A DNA stretch of 64,000 nucleotides from Candidatus Gottesmanbacteria bacterium (GTDB taxonomy: Bacteria; Patescibacteriota; Microgenomatia; UBA10105; UBA927). The notes below the pieces were generated by a model that saw nothing but the letters and a program-made list of their open reading frames with translations, did not search any database and was not told the DNA's origin. The translations under genes and the position numbers were made by a program. The DNA lies in the NCBI GenBank assembly GCA_963711735.1, contig CAVQFA010000003.1:146971-210970 (forward strand), read 5' to 3'. Shown piece by piece: positions 21,035-31,580 of this stretch (its first letter is position 1; each line of letters starts with the position of its first letter).

Positions 21035-24000
21035 ATGGCAAAATCTATGAGTGAACGGGAACCAACATATACACCGGTAGCAAAAACCATAGAACGCATA
21101 TTAGTGGCAATTGCTAAGCCTGAAAACGCTGAGAAGGTGAAAAAACTTCGAAAAGAAGAAGCCCTGAAAAAAGCACAACAAAGACAGAAAGAAATTTTCA
21201 GCCGTTTTAATAGGGAAAAAAACACGACAAACCCGGAACAAAAAGGAATAAAGGATTATGGGGAAGAGGAAATCAGAAAAGCAAAAGAGATAACGGAAGA
21301 ACTGAAAAGCAGCGGCCAGCACGCATCAAGCAATAAGTGGGTAAGAGAAAACAGATATGGAATTTCTTCAACTCCCGACACTCTTTCCACAGCCAAAATA
21401 CAACTCGAGACAGCGAGAAAAATTGCAGGACATGATAATAGTCCTCTCGGAAACATAAACCCCGAGGACCTGCAGCACAGCTCTGTGGCGGCGTATGCGC
21501 TGGCAGAATGGTCCATGCTTCCTCCTGAATTGCGTAAAAATCCGAACGTCGCGCTTACACAGGCAGCCCGTCTGGCAGCCTCCGTTAACGCAGATATGAG
21601 CGTTGAGGAACTCAACGAAATCAGGAGGGTATTGAACGCCTTTAAAAGTGAAATACGCACGCTCCGCGATGACCCTGATCGCAAAGACGGATTTAACATT
21701 GAGGACCGGAAACTAGACAATATTCTTTCCGAAATGGTCGGAGGTATTGTGACGGACGACAAATTTGTCCTTTTTGATCCCGCAACAGAATTTACCGGAA
21801 CGCTTTCACTGGATCAATCAAATTTAAAAACCCTACTTCAGGATTATAATATACAATTAGACATTTTGGATCCAAACGATGACGAAGCCATAAAATTATT
21901 AGAAAAATTCAGACTAGAGCTTGCTGGAGGAACATACAGAAAGATAGATACAGACCCAAAAAACAAAAGCGGAACCCGAACTGTTCCCATTGACAGAGAT
22001 AAAGCAAGACCCTACATTGATAAGCTTAAAACAAAAATCGAAGAATTACAGGAAAAACAAAAAATAATGCGCCAGGAGCAGTATATCCAAGAAAGGGAAG
22101 CGCAGGAGAGCCAGATGTGGTTAAAACCAAGCGAGGAACTGCATTTCGGAGAGAATCCGGAGGAAGTGTTGGAAGGGTGGATGCGGCGAATATACGCAGA
22201 AAGATCCATGGGAACAGAAGACGTGGCAAATATGAGACTTAGACTGTTCCAATCATTTCTTGTTGGCGATACATGGAAAGCTCTCTATATTAAATTCCAT
22301 CCTGCTGAATTTCCTAAGGGAATGTCGCAGGCAAGGATAGATTCACACATTGAGAGCGTGAGGGAAAGATTGTTTGAATTTACAGAGAAATCAATGATGC
22401 TGAAATTTGCGGCATCATCCATTTGGGATGGGAGTAAAAATTTTGAACAGGCAGTTAACGTTTTACGGAGAGTAGGATCCCGCGGTTGGGAGATTGTATA
22501 TATGGGTAATAACGGTATGAACGGGAAAGCATACGAGATACTTGAAGAAGAACTGTCAATAGTAACAACCAATCCAAAACCGGGAGAAATGCCCCTCCGT
22601 TTATCTTCGGAACTTCTGGAGCGTGCGCTACAAAACACACGCAATCGTATTGAACGGAACAAAACGCAGTATAAAGAAATATTCGGTAAAAAAGTTACCA
22701 CCGAAGACATCAACCATTTTGTCCGTGCGGGTGAGGTGCTTGCCGACGTCAGGCAGAAAGTCGTTCTTGCTGTTATGCGCGGCAGGGGCCCCGGGGAGAG
22801 ACCGCTGTCTGACATAGAGCCTCCTTCATCATCATTTAGAAGCACCAGCTACGCGGAAAATATCGCCGCTGTTATGGACTGGTACCGGTATGGACCGGAA
22901 AAATGGGGATATTTAACTGAGGGGGCCAAACGCGAACTTGAGTTTTCCTGCGAATTCATGGGAACAATCAGCGGGTTTGACAGCACAGTTGATTTAGAGA
23001 TAGCAAAACTGCGCGCCGACGGATCGTATCGCACCGAACGGGATAAAACATTGAAAGAGCGGTGGGGTGAACACTATGAGAATTGGAAAGAGACGAAACA
23101 CATAGATATGCACCTCGCATCATTTGTAGCAGGAACAGGATTATCCGGTGAAATCGCAGATCAGGAATACCGCCGGTTGCTCATGGTCGGGTATGGCAAA
23201 AAACGGCTCGGAGAACTCCTTGAAATGTATGATGTAGATTCCAGTGGTTGGCGCATAGCAATGGTCCTCCAGGAAAACGTACGGTTTTTCAAGGACGCGG
23301 ACACTCGGGCGCTGGGTTACTGGCTCAGATACGCAGGTAACGACTTTTTACGGGCTGAGGCAGGAGAAGCAGATGATGTTTTCCGAAACGGCGCTCACAA
23401 TGCCCAAAAACAATTAGATGAAGTACGGTTTATAGAAAACGGAGTAACGCTTAAAGCCGAGTGGAATGATGATTTCAGCGTATATAACGTTCTGAAACGT
23501 ATCGGAAAATATGAAAGTCACTGGAACGGATTATGGTTATATGAGAAGGGAAACGAAGAGTTTGTTAACTGGTGGAACAGTGCACCTGTTCAGGAGGCAG
23601 CGCGGAAGCTGACGGGATTAGCGGGTGACGTGGATTATATTCAGGCATACCGGTCAGCTATAGAAAAACATTCGTTGATTATAGGTATAGGTGATAAAAC
23701 AAGTCTTCCTGTTGTCGATTATTCCGAAGGAATTGCCGGTTTAACTCCGGAACAAAAACGGGCAGTATCAAAGGCGTTCGGATGCAGCGTTAACCAGGTT
23801 GATACAAATCAGGCAGTACAGAACCACTTTTCATTTATGGGCGAGCTTTCCAAACAAGTGCTGAAAGACGAAGAACTTATGGCATTTAAAGACCCCCGGT
23901 ACCGCCAGTATTTCAAACGGACGCAATTTACCGGAGACGCGCGTCTCGGGATGATAGAGGACCTTGAACGTTTGCCGGAAGGAGCACCGGGAAGCACGGT

Positions 24001-24685
24001 CCGTACCGGCGCAAAAGCAAAATCCGAAGCAGAGGCAAAAATAAAACGGTATTCTACAATAAGTACCGCAGAGGGAGAGGGAAGCACGGATCAGATGGTT
24101 CGGGCTTGGAACGACCTATCTACGTTTGGCATGCAGCTGCCGATTTTGTTAAAAAGTATTTACGAAGCCACAAACGAAAAAACGTTACTTGAGGGTTTAA
24201 CTAAACTTGTGGGTACTGAAGAACCGTATGCCGGAAAACAGGATGCACTCCTGGCATCAACTGCAATTCTTGCAGGATACGGCCGGATGGGAAAAGTAGA
24301 GAGTTTTTGGGTCGATTTGTGGGGAATGGATAATCTGCCCTGGACAACAGAATCAAAAAGGTATCTGGGAGATATGGGGATGGTTTTACAGCATAGAGAC
24401 CTACACCAATTGAAGGAAAAGTGGGAGCTTATACAATCCCGGCTCGAACTTTATCCTGAGTTGAAACCGGTAGTTGAAGCACTTGATGGGTATTGGGGTT
24501 CGTCCTGGAAACGATTGGATGGCGTACGGAAGGGGCTTCCTTTTATGAAAGATGAAGTATTCTGGTTGATGCAGAGTAAAAACGCCGTATTCATCGGAGC
24601 CGGCATTCTCATTGCTTTACTTGGAAAAGAAGCATTTAGTTCTATGGGCGCTTCAACCAGCGGGGGCGAATCCCATCATTCTTAG
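21035..24685 (+). CDS. Hypothetical 1216-aa charged protein with C-terminal hydrophobic helix
   Basis: Long uninterrupted ORF; TATAAT just upstream; no recognised motif. Confidence 0.8.
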   Translation: MAKSMSEREPTYTPVAKTIERILVAIAKPENAEKVKKLRKEEALKKAQQRQKEIFSRFNREKNTTNPEQKGIKDYGEEEIRKAKEITEELKSSGQHASSNKWVRENRYGISSTPDTLSTAKIQLETARKIAGHDNSPLGNINPEDLQHSSVAAYALAEWSMLPPELRKNPNVALTQAARLAASVNADMSVEELNEIRRVLNAFKSEIRTLRDDPDRKDGFNIEDRKLDNILSEMVGGIVTDDKFVLFDPATEFTGTLSLDQSNLKTLLQDYNIQLDILDPNDDEAIKLLEKFRLELAGGTYRKIDTDPKNKSGTRTVPIDRDKARPYIDKLKTKIEELQEKQKIMRQEQYIQEREAQESQMWLKPSEELHFGENPEEVLEGWMRRIYAERSMGTEDVANMRLRLFQSFLVGDTWKALYIKFHPAEFPKGMSQARIDSHIESVRERLFEFTEKSMMLKFAASSIWDGSKNFEQAVNVLRRVGSRGWEIVYMGNNGMNGKAYEILEEELSIVTTNPKPGEMPLRLSSELLERALQNTRNRIERNKTQYKEIFGKKVTTEDINHFVRAGEVLADVRQKVVLAVMRGRGPGERPLSDIEPPSSSFRSTSYAENIAAVMDWYRYGPEKWGYLTEGAKRELEFSCEFMGTISGFDSTVDLEIAKLRADGSYRTERDKTLKERWGEHYENWKETKHIDMHLASFVAGTGLSGEIADQEYRRLLMVGYGKKRLGELLEMYDVDSSGWRIAMVLQENVRFFKDADTRALGYWLRYAGNDFLRAEAGEADDVFRNGAHNAQKQLDEVRFIENGVTLKAEWNDDFSVYNVLKRIGKYESHWNGLWLYEKGNEEFVNWWNSAPVQEAARKLTGLAGDVDYIQAYRSAIEKHSLIIGIGDKTSLPVVDYSEGIAGLTPEQKRAVSKAFGCSVNQVDTNQAVQNHFSFMGELSKQVLKDEELMAFKDPRYRQYFKRTQFTGDARLGMIEDLERLPEGAPGSTVRTGAKAKSEAEAKIKRYSTISTAEGEGSTDQMVRAWNDLSTFGMQLPILLKSIYEATNEKTLLEGLTKLVGTEEPYAGKQDALLASTAILAGYGRMGKVESFWVDLWGMDNLPWTTESKRYLGDMGMVLQHRDLHQLKEKWELIQSRLELYPELKPVVEALDGYWGSSWKRLDGVRKGLPFMKDEVFWLMQSKNAVFIGAGILIALLGKEAFSSMGASTSGGESHHS

Positions 24686-24702
24686 TAAATTCCTGTCAGT
24701 TT

Positions 24703-26259
24703 TTAACCTCCGTGTTGCTCTTGCTGTTCTCCGGCTTGTTTTGGTTGAGGTGGTGCAAGCTTAGGCCCTTTCAGATTTTTCAGGTAATACGCAGTTGATG
24801 CAAGCTGCATAACCGTTTGATAGGATGATCCTGCGGCTTGTCCAAGCGCTGCTCCGACCGGTACAACCTGTTTTGCTTTCAGACTTTCTTTGAATGCATT
24901 TATAAACTGCGGTATGAGTACAAGTACTGCGATAGAAAACAGGCTTGTAATTGTGTCAGGCGCCACTCCGTTGCCCATAAACAGAGGTGGAGCCCAAAGA
25001 GTTTGATTTTTTCCTCCGATAGAAGCAGAAGAAACTTGGGCCGTAAGTCCGTATGATATAAGCAGTGTGCCGGCGGTTATGGGAAACGCCATGAGGTTTC
25101 CGACAAGTCCGCGTATCCATCCTCCAAACGCGTTATTTCCCGGAATGGCACCGAAGAGAAGCTGTATAGGACCCAGCAGAAGTCCAAGTATGATTTGTAC
25201 GTAACACCCCAACAGCGTGAAAAAAATGCGGACGTCACAAACAGAAGGAAAATCGCTAAAAGAAAAAGGATTATAAGCGAAATCCCGCCAACACCAACCA
25301 GCGCAGCCACTGCGAGAAAAGGGACAATGGGCGCTGTTATTCCCAGACCCAACAGTATTACTCCCGCCGCAAGAGTCGATACTCCGCCGGCTACAATTGT
25401 AGGTCCTGGCCCAACCACATCTATGAGCATTCCAAACAGGCTACCGGCTCCGAGCGGAAATAATAAATCTATTCCATCCTTTAGCTTGGCACCGAGGAAC
25501 GCATTGATGACATCGGGTGTCACCTGGATAATTCCTGACTGACCAAAAAGTCCGATTACCAGAAGAATGAGAAGATACATTATATCAATGAGTATCGCAA
25601 CAATTGCATAAGAGAATGTGATGAGAAGAAGCGTCACGACTATTTTAGGCAGGGAATTTTGGACTGTAATTACCGTTTTAGGATCTATTTTTTTCCGAAA
25701 CATGATCATAAACCCAATAATAATCATGACGACAGCAGGAATGGCATACGATATATTTCTGAACACTTTCCACATAGGGAGAAGCGGAGCCAATCCGGCA
25801 AACCCGATTCCCTGAGCGTATGTTTGTTTGGGAATAAACCCGAGCGATTGTCCTGTGTCGTTTATAAAAGCGCTATGTGGACGCTGGAGGGCTTTGATAC
25901 ATTGGATAATTGAGTTTGTGAACCCCAACAAAGCACCGCTTTTTTTTTCACCCGTTCTGCATATTCGGATCATTTTTATACGTGCCTTCGGGAACAGTTA
26001 CACCTTCAACAGCGCCAAAATTTGTTCTGTAATGACGTTCATGATTATCAAGACTAGCGGAAAAAATGTATGACGATTTGTTTACGTTGCCGGTTTGGTC
26101 AGTAGCCTGCCTCCCTTGAGGGTAGCTCGTAGTCCAGTCGTTGGATTGTGCAAAGATCCGTGGTGAATGGACGGCAAACAATCCAATGAAAATAAGCATA
26201 ACCGCAACGGCCGTCTGTCGGAGGAAACATAAGCGACGCAATCTGTCAAAGGTATTCAT
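24703..26259 (-). pseudogene. VirB6-like polytopic membrane protein, broken by several frameshifts
   Basis: WKVFRNISY, GFMIMFRKKIDPKTVITVQNSLPKIVVTLLLITFSYAI, then LGPIQLLFGAIPG..FGGW in another frame; downstream of the pilin array. Confidence 0.65.
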
Positions 26260-26304
26260 ATATGTATTATCCCAAAAACGTATAAGCGAAATCAAGAAAA
26301 CTTT

Positions 26305-26625
26305 TCATGGTATTATCGTAATTGAAAATTTCGTTACGTCAACACCCGTGAATTCTTTGATAAGAAGAAGGATGAGATACGCAACTGCTATAATCACAAG
26401 CCCGATGATTGCTCCGGTTATCGTACCTTTTGCCTTTTCAAGCTTTTTCTGGTCGCCTCCCGCAAAGAGGAAGTTGAACCCTCCCATGACGAGCATGAGA
26501 AACAGTCCGATACCCGCAATGGCGATAATAAAACGGAGAACGTTTTCAAAAAGCGGCTCGAGACACGCAATCTGCGCCACATCATCGCCATTTGGAAGAC
26601 AACTACTCCAGTCAACAAACGCCAT
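26305..26625 (-). CDS. VirB2/TrbC-like pilin
   Basis: GGFNFLFAGGDQKKLEKAKGTITGAIIGL motif. Confidence 0.85.
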   Translation of the reverse strand: MAFVDWSSCLPNGDDVAQIACLEPLFENVLRFIIAIAGIGLFLMLVMGGFNFLFAGGDQKKLEKAKGTITGAIIGLVIIAVAYLILLLIKEFTGVDVTKFSITIIP

Positions 26626-26698
26626 ATATTCTCATTATCACCCAGAAAATATATTTATACAAGAACACGGTAGGGTACATAATGTAGAGAATGCCACC

Positions 26699-26723
26699 AA
26701 AAACCCCGCTTTTGGCGGGGTTT
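26699..26723 (-). terminator. Intrinsic terminator after pilin 26742-27101
   Basis: AAAAACCCCGC-TTTTG-GCGGGGTTT hairpin with U-run on the minus strand. Confidence 0.7.
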
Positions 26724-26741
26724 ATCGAAATTCACAAAAAA

Positions 26742-27101
26742 TTATGGTGTATACGGAAGAGGTATCTTTACTCCTGATCCCAAAAGCGTAATACCAAGGA
26801 ATTGCTGTACCAGCATCATGATTGCCCACGCTGCTCCGACAATAATAAGTCCGACAACTGCATGCGTGATTTTGTTGCGTGCTGCCTCCATACCGGACTT
26901 GTCGCCGCCCGCGGTGATCCATTGAATTCCGCCGAGAATGAGATAAAGAAACGCAAGAAGCGCAGCTATGATCATAAGCAAACCGACAGCGGCTCCGATA
27001 AGCTCACCCAGACTTGTGATCTTAATAAGTTCCGTGTTTCTGGTAACTGCTATTGTGCTGGGATCGTCCTGTGCATATATAACTGGTGCTAAGAAATTCA
27101 T
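26742..27101 (-). CDS. VirB2/TrbC-like pilin
   Basis: GGIQWITAGGDKSGMEAARNKITHAVVGL. Confidence 0.85.
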   Translation of the reverse strand: MNFLAPVIYAQDDPSTIAVTRNTELIKITSLGELIGAAVGLLMIIAALLAFLYLILGGIQWITAGGDKSGMEAARNKITHAVVGLIIVGAAWAIMMLVQQFLGITLLGSGVKIPLPYTP

Positions 27102-27207
27102 ACGTTCCTCCTTCAATGTATACTATAGTTGATTATATCGTACCTCTAATTGTGTCGCAACTCTTCCTACTTTGTCAATACACGCAATATGAGATCAGGT
27201 GTACACA

Positions 27208-27627
27208 TCAGCACGGTTGTCCCGGTGCGCACGTTGGGGCGGGTACTCCCCCGGGTCCGACATTTGATGGAGAAAGAACGCTGGGAAAAGGAATGTTCGG
27301 GAAAGAAATTCCAAAAAATGTGCCAAGAAAAAGCATAATTGCCCAGACGGATCCCACAATGAGAAGGCCGACAATTGCATGCGTTATTTTATTCCGTGCA
27401 TCCTCTAGCTTCGCTTTGTCTCCGCTTGCTGTAATCCATGATATACCGCCAAGAAGGAGATATACGAGGGCAAAAATGAACGAGAATATAAAAAACGCAG
27501 CAATAAAAGCACCCAATAAAGATCCAAAAACTAAACCTCCGGTTGTATATTCACCCGGATTTCCGCTTCCGCCCAAAAACGAAGGTAAAACAGGATTTTT
27601 CAGTTGTGCTAAAAGATGTGTGCTCAT
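27208..27627 (-). CDS. VirB2/TrbC-like pilin
   Basis: GGISWITASGDKAKLEDARNKITHAIVGL. Confidence 0.85.
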   Translation of the reverse strand: MSTHLLAQLKNPVLPSFLGGSGNPGEYTTGGLVFGSLLGAFIAAFFIFSFIFALVYLLLGGISWITASGDKAKLEDARNKITHAIVGLLIVGSVWAIMLFLGTFFGISFPNIPFPSVLSPSNVGPGGVPAPTCAPGQPC

Positions 27628-27630
27628 ATA

Positions 27631-28065
27631 TTATGGTGTTCCTCCGCTTCCGGGCAGCTCAAGCTGTTGTATTACCGTTGCCGGATCTATAAGCGTGTCA
27701 AACCCGAAGAACATCCCGACAAGCGCGAGTATCGCCCAACCCGCAATAACGATGACAAGACCGATAAACGCGTTCGTTATTCTGTCTCTTGCCTGTTGGA
27801 GTTTTCCCTTGTCTCCGCCTGAGGTAAGCCAGTTCAAGCCTCCCACAAGGAACTGGAAGATAAACCAGATAAGTGCAGCAATTGTCATGATGCCGATGAT
27901 GGATGATACGACCTGAGTGACTTTGGTAAGTGCACTGACCGCACCGGCACTTCCTCTGCCTATAACATCGGACCCGATGTTTCCAAACGGACCTAACCCC
28001 CCTCCGCCAATCGTTCCGAGGTCAGTGCCAACAGGATCTGCTGCATAAATGTGTTCTGATATCAT
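27631..28065 (-). CDS. VirB2/TrbC-like pilin
   Basis: GGLNWLTSGGDKGKLQQARDRITNAFIGL. Confidence 0.85.
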   Translation of the reverse strand: MISEHIYAADPVGTDLGTIGGGGLGPFGNIGSDVIGRGSAGAVSALTKVTQVVSSIIGIMTIAALIWFIFQFLVGGLNWLTSGGDKGKLQQARDRITNAFIGLVIVIAGWAILALVGMFFGFDTLIDPATVIQQLELPGSGGTP

Positions 28066-28068
28066 AAA

Positions 28069-28437
28069 TTAGTTACCCGGACCATATATTTTCGGATTCA
28101 GCATGAATCCGGGATCTCCGAATATCAGGTATCCGAAAAGTGCTGCCAGCACAAATGATCCGATGAGAATGACAAGTCCGATAAGCGACTGCCAGATTCT
28201 CGCCCAGGCAGCAGTGAGCGCCTTTGCATCACCTGCCGCCGTCATATACTGATATCCGGCTATTATAATATTAAAAAAAGCAAACGCCCCCGTCACGGAA
28301 AATATAAGGCGGAGAACGTTAGTCAGAAGCGCAATGATACCCGTGTTATAAGAGCCATACGACGCGTTCATGGGGTTTGTAACAGTGCCGATAACTGATG
28401 ATGCGTCTGCAAGCACTTGTATATAATTCATAGACAA
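28069..28437 (-). CDS. VirB2/TrbC-like pilin
   Basis: AGYQYMTAAGDAKALTAAWARIWQSLIGL. Confidence 0.85.
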   Translation of the reverse strand: MSMNYIQVLADASSVIGTVTNPMNASYGSYNTGIIALLTNVLRLIFSVTGAFAFFNIIIAGYQYMTAAGDAKALTAAWARIWQSLIGLVILIGSFVLAALFGYLIFGDPGFMLNPKIYGPGN

Positions 28438-28447
28438 TAAATATGTA

Positions 28448-28759
28448 CTACGGCAATGGCGCCGAAAGGAGCGTCATGCCTGTTAATTTTTCCAATATTT
28501 GGACGATCCAGTACGATACGACAATCAGGATAAGACCCAGAACCGCTCCTGTTATCGTTTTTTGTCCCTGTTCGAGCTTTTTGGTATCACCGGCTCCAGC
28601 GCCCATTATAACGCCGAATCCGCCCAACACCAAGAGGAGGAAGGTGAGAACCGCCGCTAACATAAAAGCATTTTTTACGATGATGTTCACGAGATCACCA
28701 AATGATGCAATCGGAGACGGAGCAACGGTGCCAAGATCCAGAGCAAAAACACGGTTCAT
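28448..28759 (-). CDS. VirB2/TrbC-like pilin
   Basis: GGFGVIMGAGAGDTKKLEQGQKTITGAVLGL. Confidence 0.85.
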   Translation of the reverse strand: MNRVFALDLGTVAPSPIASFGDLVNIIVKNAFMLAAVLTFLLLVLGGFGVIMGAGAGDTKKLEQGQKTITGAVLGLILIVVSYWIVQILEKLTGMTLLSAPLP

Positions 28760-28854
28760 ATCTACTAGTGTACGGAATCGGTAATTGCCTTGTCAATCCG
28801 TTTGCGCGGTATTTTTAGTTTGTCAAATAAGAGGTCTCATGCTATAGTTACAAC

Positions 28855-29406
28855 GTGGAAAACAAGGAAGATACAAAAGAGATTGTTGCACGCATACTTG
28901 CCCGGGACAAAAACGCGCTTCTGAAATTTTACCGTACGTATGCGCCGCAAATCCGAAGGCATATCGCACATAAAATTCACGACCCTTCTGACGTAGAAGA
29001 AGTACTGCAGGATACCCTCTATGCATTTTTGGAAAGCATACGCGATTTTACGTATGCCGCAAGCATCCGGACATATGTATTTTCCATATGCCGCCATAAA
29101 ATTGCAGATTACTACCGGAAGCGTGAGATCAAACACGCTGTGTTTTCACGCATACCGCAGCTTGAAGCGCTCATCATGCCTCTCGTGTCGAGTGAAGAAA
29201 AGCTTGATGCAGAACTTATGTCTAAAAATGTAGTACAAACACTCGGTCGTTTAATGCCCGCTTACAAGGACGTGTTGTCGCTTCGGTATATTGACGGCAT
29301 GGCAGTTTCTGATGTAGCACAGAAGCTCGCGCTCACAGTTAAAAGCGCCGAATGCAAGCTGTTTCGTGCCAAAAAAGCATTTGTAAAAGCATTCATTGCA
29401 ACCTAG
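28855..29406 (+). CDS. ECF-type RNA polymerase sigma factor
   Basis: Region 2 (DVEEVLQDT...YVFSICRHKIADYYR) and region 4 HTH (LRYIDGMAVSDVAQKL...KLFRAK). Confidence 0.9.
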   Translation: MENKEDTKEIVARILARDKNALLKFYRTYAPQIRRHIAHKIHDPSDVEEVLQDTLYAFLESIRDFTYAASIRTYVFSICRHKIADYYRKREIKHAVFSRIPQLEALIMPLVSSEEKLDAELMSKNVVQTLGRLMPAYKDVLSLRYIDGMAVSDVAQKLALTVKSAECKLFRAKKAFVKAFIAT

Positions 29407-29416
29407 AAAGATTTAT

Positions 29417-29647
29417 ATGTCTGACATAACGTACCGACACTTTGTTAAACGATGGCAGGAGGTAACGGATCTCCCGACACAAACAGTCGGACCGCTCACA
29501 CCCCTCTATAAATTTGTTGCATCCAGGCTCAAAACCATGCCGTGGTTTGCTCTCATTGTTATCAGCGTATGCGGGGTTGGTTTGCTTTATGTGCTTATCG
29601 GATCCACAATTACGCTCCTCACGTCCATTCTCCAGCGAGGGTTTTAA
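29417..29647 (+). CDS. Small single-TM protein (possible anti-sigma factor)
   Basis: 76 aa, directly after the ECF sigma; C-terminal TM helix. Confidence 0.6.
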   Translation: MSDITYRHFVKRWQEVTDLPTQTVGPLTPLYKFVASRLKTMPWFALIVISVCGVGLLYVLIGSTITLLTSILQRGF

Positions 29648-29671
29648 GTCCCTTTGTACGACTATATATAT

Positions 29672-30301
29672 ATGGGCACCGGAACCGTTTGCGGAATTAT
29701 TGAAAGCGGGATTGGCTTTGTGAAGCACACTGCCGGACTCGTCACTAAACCGTACGAAACATACAGAAACATCGTTTTAAAAGAAGACATCCGTGAAATT
29801 ATCTATATCGGGTGTGTCGTCGGTTTGTATTTTGCCCTGGCATCTCTTATCAGGACAGCCGCATTCCGTCCGTTTTTACTCACAAAGCAATTTATTGTTC
29901 TTGCGGGAGGAGCGTTTGCGGGATATATGCTGGCCTCAGGTATGCTTTGGGTTTCCGGACGGATTCTGGGGGCACGTACCTCTTTGAAAACAGTAATGAC
30001 AGCATGGGGGTATTCGCTTCTGCCGACTGTCGCGTGGTTTATGATGACGTCTGTACTGTATATTGTTCTGCCGCCCCCGAGGACAACACACATAGCGGGT
30101 ATTGTATTTAGTGCGGTATATTTGACAATTTCTGTATCTATCCTGTTTTGGAAAGTAATATGTGCGTATTTAGCTGTCAGATTCAGCATGAAGTTTGATC
30201 TTGTGAGAATTTGTACGGTATACGCCATAACATTACCGGTTCTTGTGCTCTATAGCTTTGTCATGTACCGTTTAGGCATTTTCCGCATTCCATTTTTATA
30301 A
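29672..30301 (+). CDS. Yip1-like multi-pass membrane protein
   Basis: KPYETYR motif near the N-terminus, about 5 TM helices, WGYSLLP. Confidence 0.7.
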   Translation: MGTGTVCGIIESGIGFVKHTAGLVTKPYETYRNIVLKEDIREIIYIGCVVGLYFALASLIRTAAFRPFLLTKQFIVLAGGAFAGYMLASGMLWVSGRILGARTSLKTVMTAWGYSLLPTVAWFMMTSVLYIVLPPPRTTHIAGIVFSAVYLTISVSILFWKVICAYLAVRFSMKFDLVRICTVYAITLPVLVLYSFVMYRLGIFRIPFL

Positions 30302-30305
30302 ATAT

Positions 30306-31517
30306 ATGAACACATCAAACAGAACCTTATCTCCGCACGCACAAATGAAGCTGCATATGATGGATTCTGCAAAAGACAGAAGATCGGTAGTTGAGAAAGA
30401 GCGCCGCGTTGTACTTCCTCAAATCGCAGCATTCAGTTTCGATGAGGATGTGGCGGGGAGCCACAACTGCGAAAACCTTATCGGAGGAACACAGATTCCT
30501 CTGGGGATTGCAGGGCCAATTCACATTAAACCCCGTGCGGATTATTTTATCCCTTTGGCAACGACAGAAGGTGCGCTTGTCGCATCAGTTAACCGCGGGT
30601 GTAATGCCATATCTCAAAGCGGTGGCGCATCAGTTTTGGTTGTCCGTGTGGGAGCTACCCGCGGGCCGGTATTTAAAGTGAAATCAATGGCCGAAAATTC
30701 GTCTCTGTATGATTTTATTTATTCAAATGAAGACACTATACGTAAAATTGCGGAATCTACATCACATCATTTAAAGTTATTACACATTGAAACAAACAGC
30801 GTTGGTTTGTACCGGTTTATCCGGTTTGTGTACGATACCAAAGACGCCATGGGGCTTAATATGGTTACTATCGCAACCGACGTGGTTGTTACATATATTG
30901 AAAAGGAAACCGGGGCAGTCTGTGTCAGTCTGTCCGGTAATTACTGTACGGATAAAAAAGCTTCATGGTTAAACGTGGTGAGTGGTAGGGGGTTTGAGGT
31001 ATGGGCGGAGGCGGTTATTCCGTCTGACATAGTACGCACCATACTAAAAACGACACCTCAGGCTGTTTATCAGACATGGCTGTCCAAGTGTATGATCGGA
31101 AGCGCCATGTCAGGGTCACTTGGATTTAACGCGCAGTATGCCAACATTCTGTCTGCACTCTTTATCGCAACCGGTCAGGATCCTGCACACGTGGCAGAGT
31201 GTGCGGTGGGAATTACGACGGCAGAAGTTGTTGGTGGCACATTGTCGGGTGACGATAAACAAAAAGAGAGTTTATATATGAGTATATATCTGCCGGACGT
31301 GATGGTGGGGACTGTCGGCGGAGGAACGGGACTTCCGACACAGAAAGAAGCACTGTCAATTCTGGGTGTGTCCGGAGGAAATGACGGAAAAAATTCGGAA
31401 AAGCTAGCTGAAATAGTCGGTGGCGCAGTGCTCGCAGGTGAAGTGTCATTCTTAGTCTCACTTTCTGAAGGTTCTTTAGCCCGTGCGCACATAAAACTGG
31501 GAAGAGGAGGGAAATGA
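30306..31517 (+). CDS. hmgA: Class I (NADPH) HMG-CoA reductase
   Basis: CENLIG, PLATTEGALVAS.NRG, DAMGLNM, SGNYCTDKK, GTVGGGT. Confidence 0.95.
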   Translation: MNTSNRTLSPHAQMKLHMMDSAKDRRSVVEKERRVVLPQIAAFSFDEDVAGSHNCENLIGGTQIPLGIAGPIHIKPRADYFIPLATTEGALVASVNRGCNAISQSGGASVLVVRVGATRGPVFKVKSMAENSSLYDFIYSNEDTIRKIAESTSHHLKLLHIETNSVGLYRFIRFVYDTKDAMGLNMVTIATDVVVTYIEKETGAVCVSLSGNYCTDKKASWLNVVSGRGFEVWAEAVIPSDIVRTILKTTPQAVYQTWLSKCMIGSAMSGSLGFNAQYANILSALFIATGQDPAHVAECAVGITTAEVVGGTLSGDDKQKESLYMSIYLPDVMVGTVGGGTGLPTQKEALSILGVSGGNDGKNSEKLAEIVGGAVLAGEVSFLVSLSEGSLARAHIKLGRGGK

Positions 31518-31580
31518 GTGATGAGTGGTCGGTTGTGAGCATAAACTCACAACCCACAACTTACAACTTACAACTCGATT

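Noticed and set aside
13390-28759. Integrative conjugative element or prophage
   Set aside because: No relaxase, integrase, att sites or phage genes; the genes are interleaved with housekeeping genes
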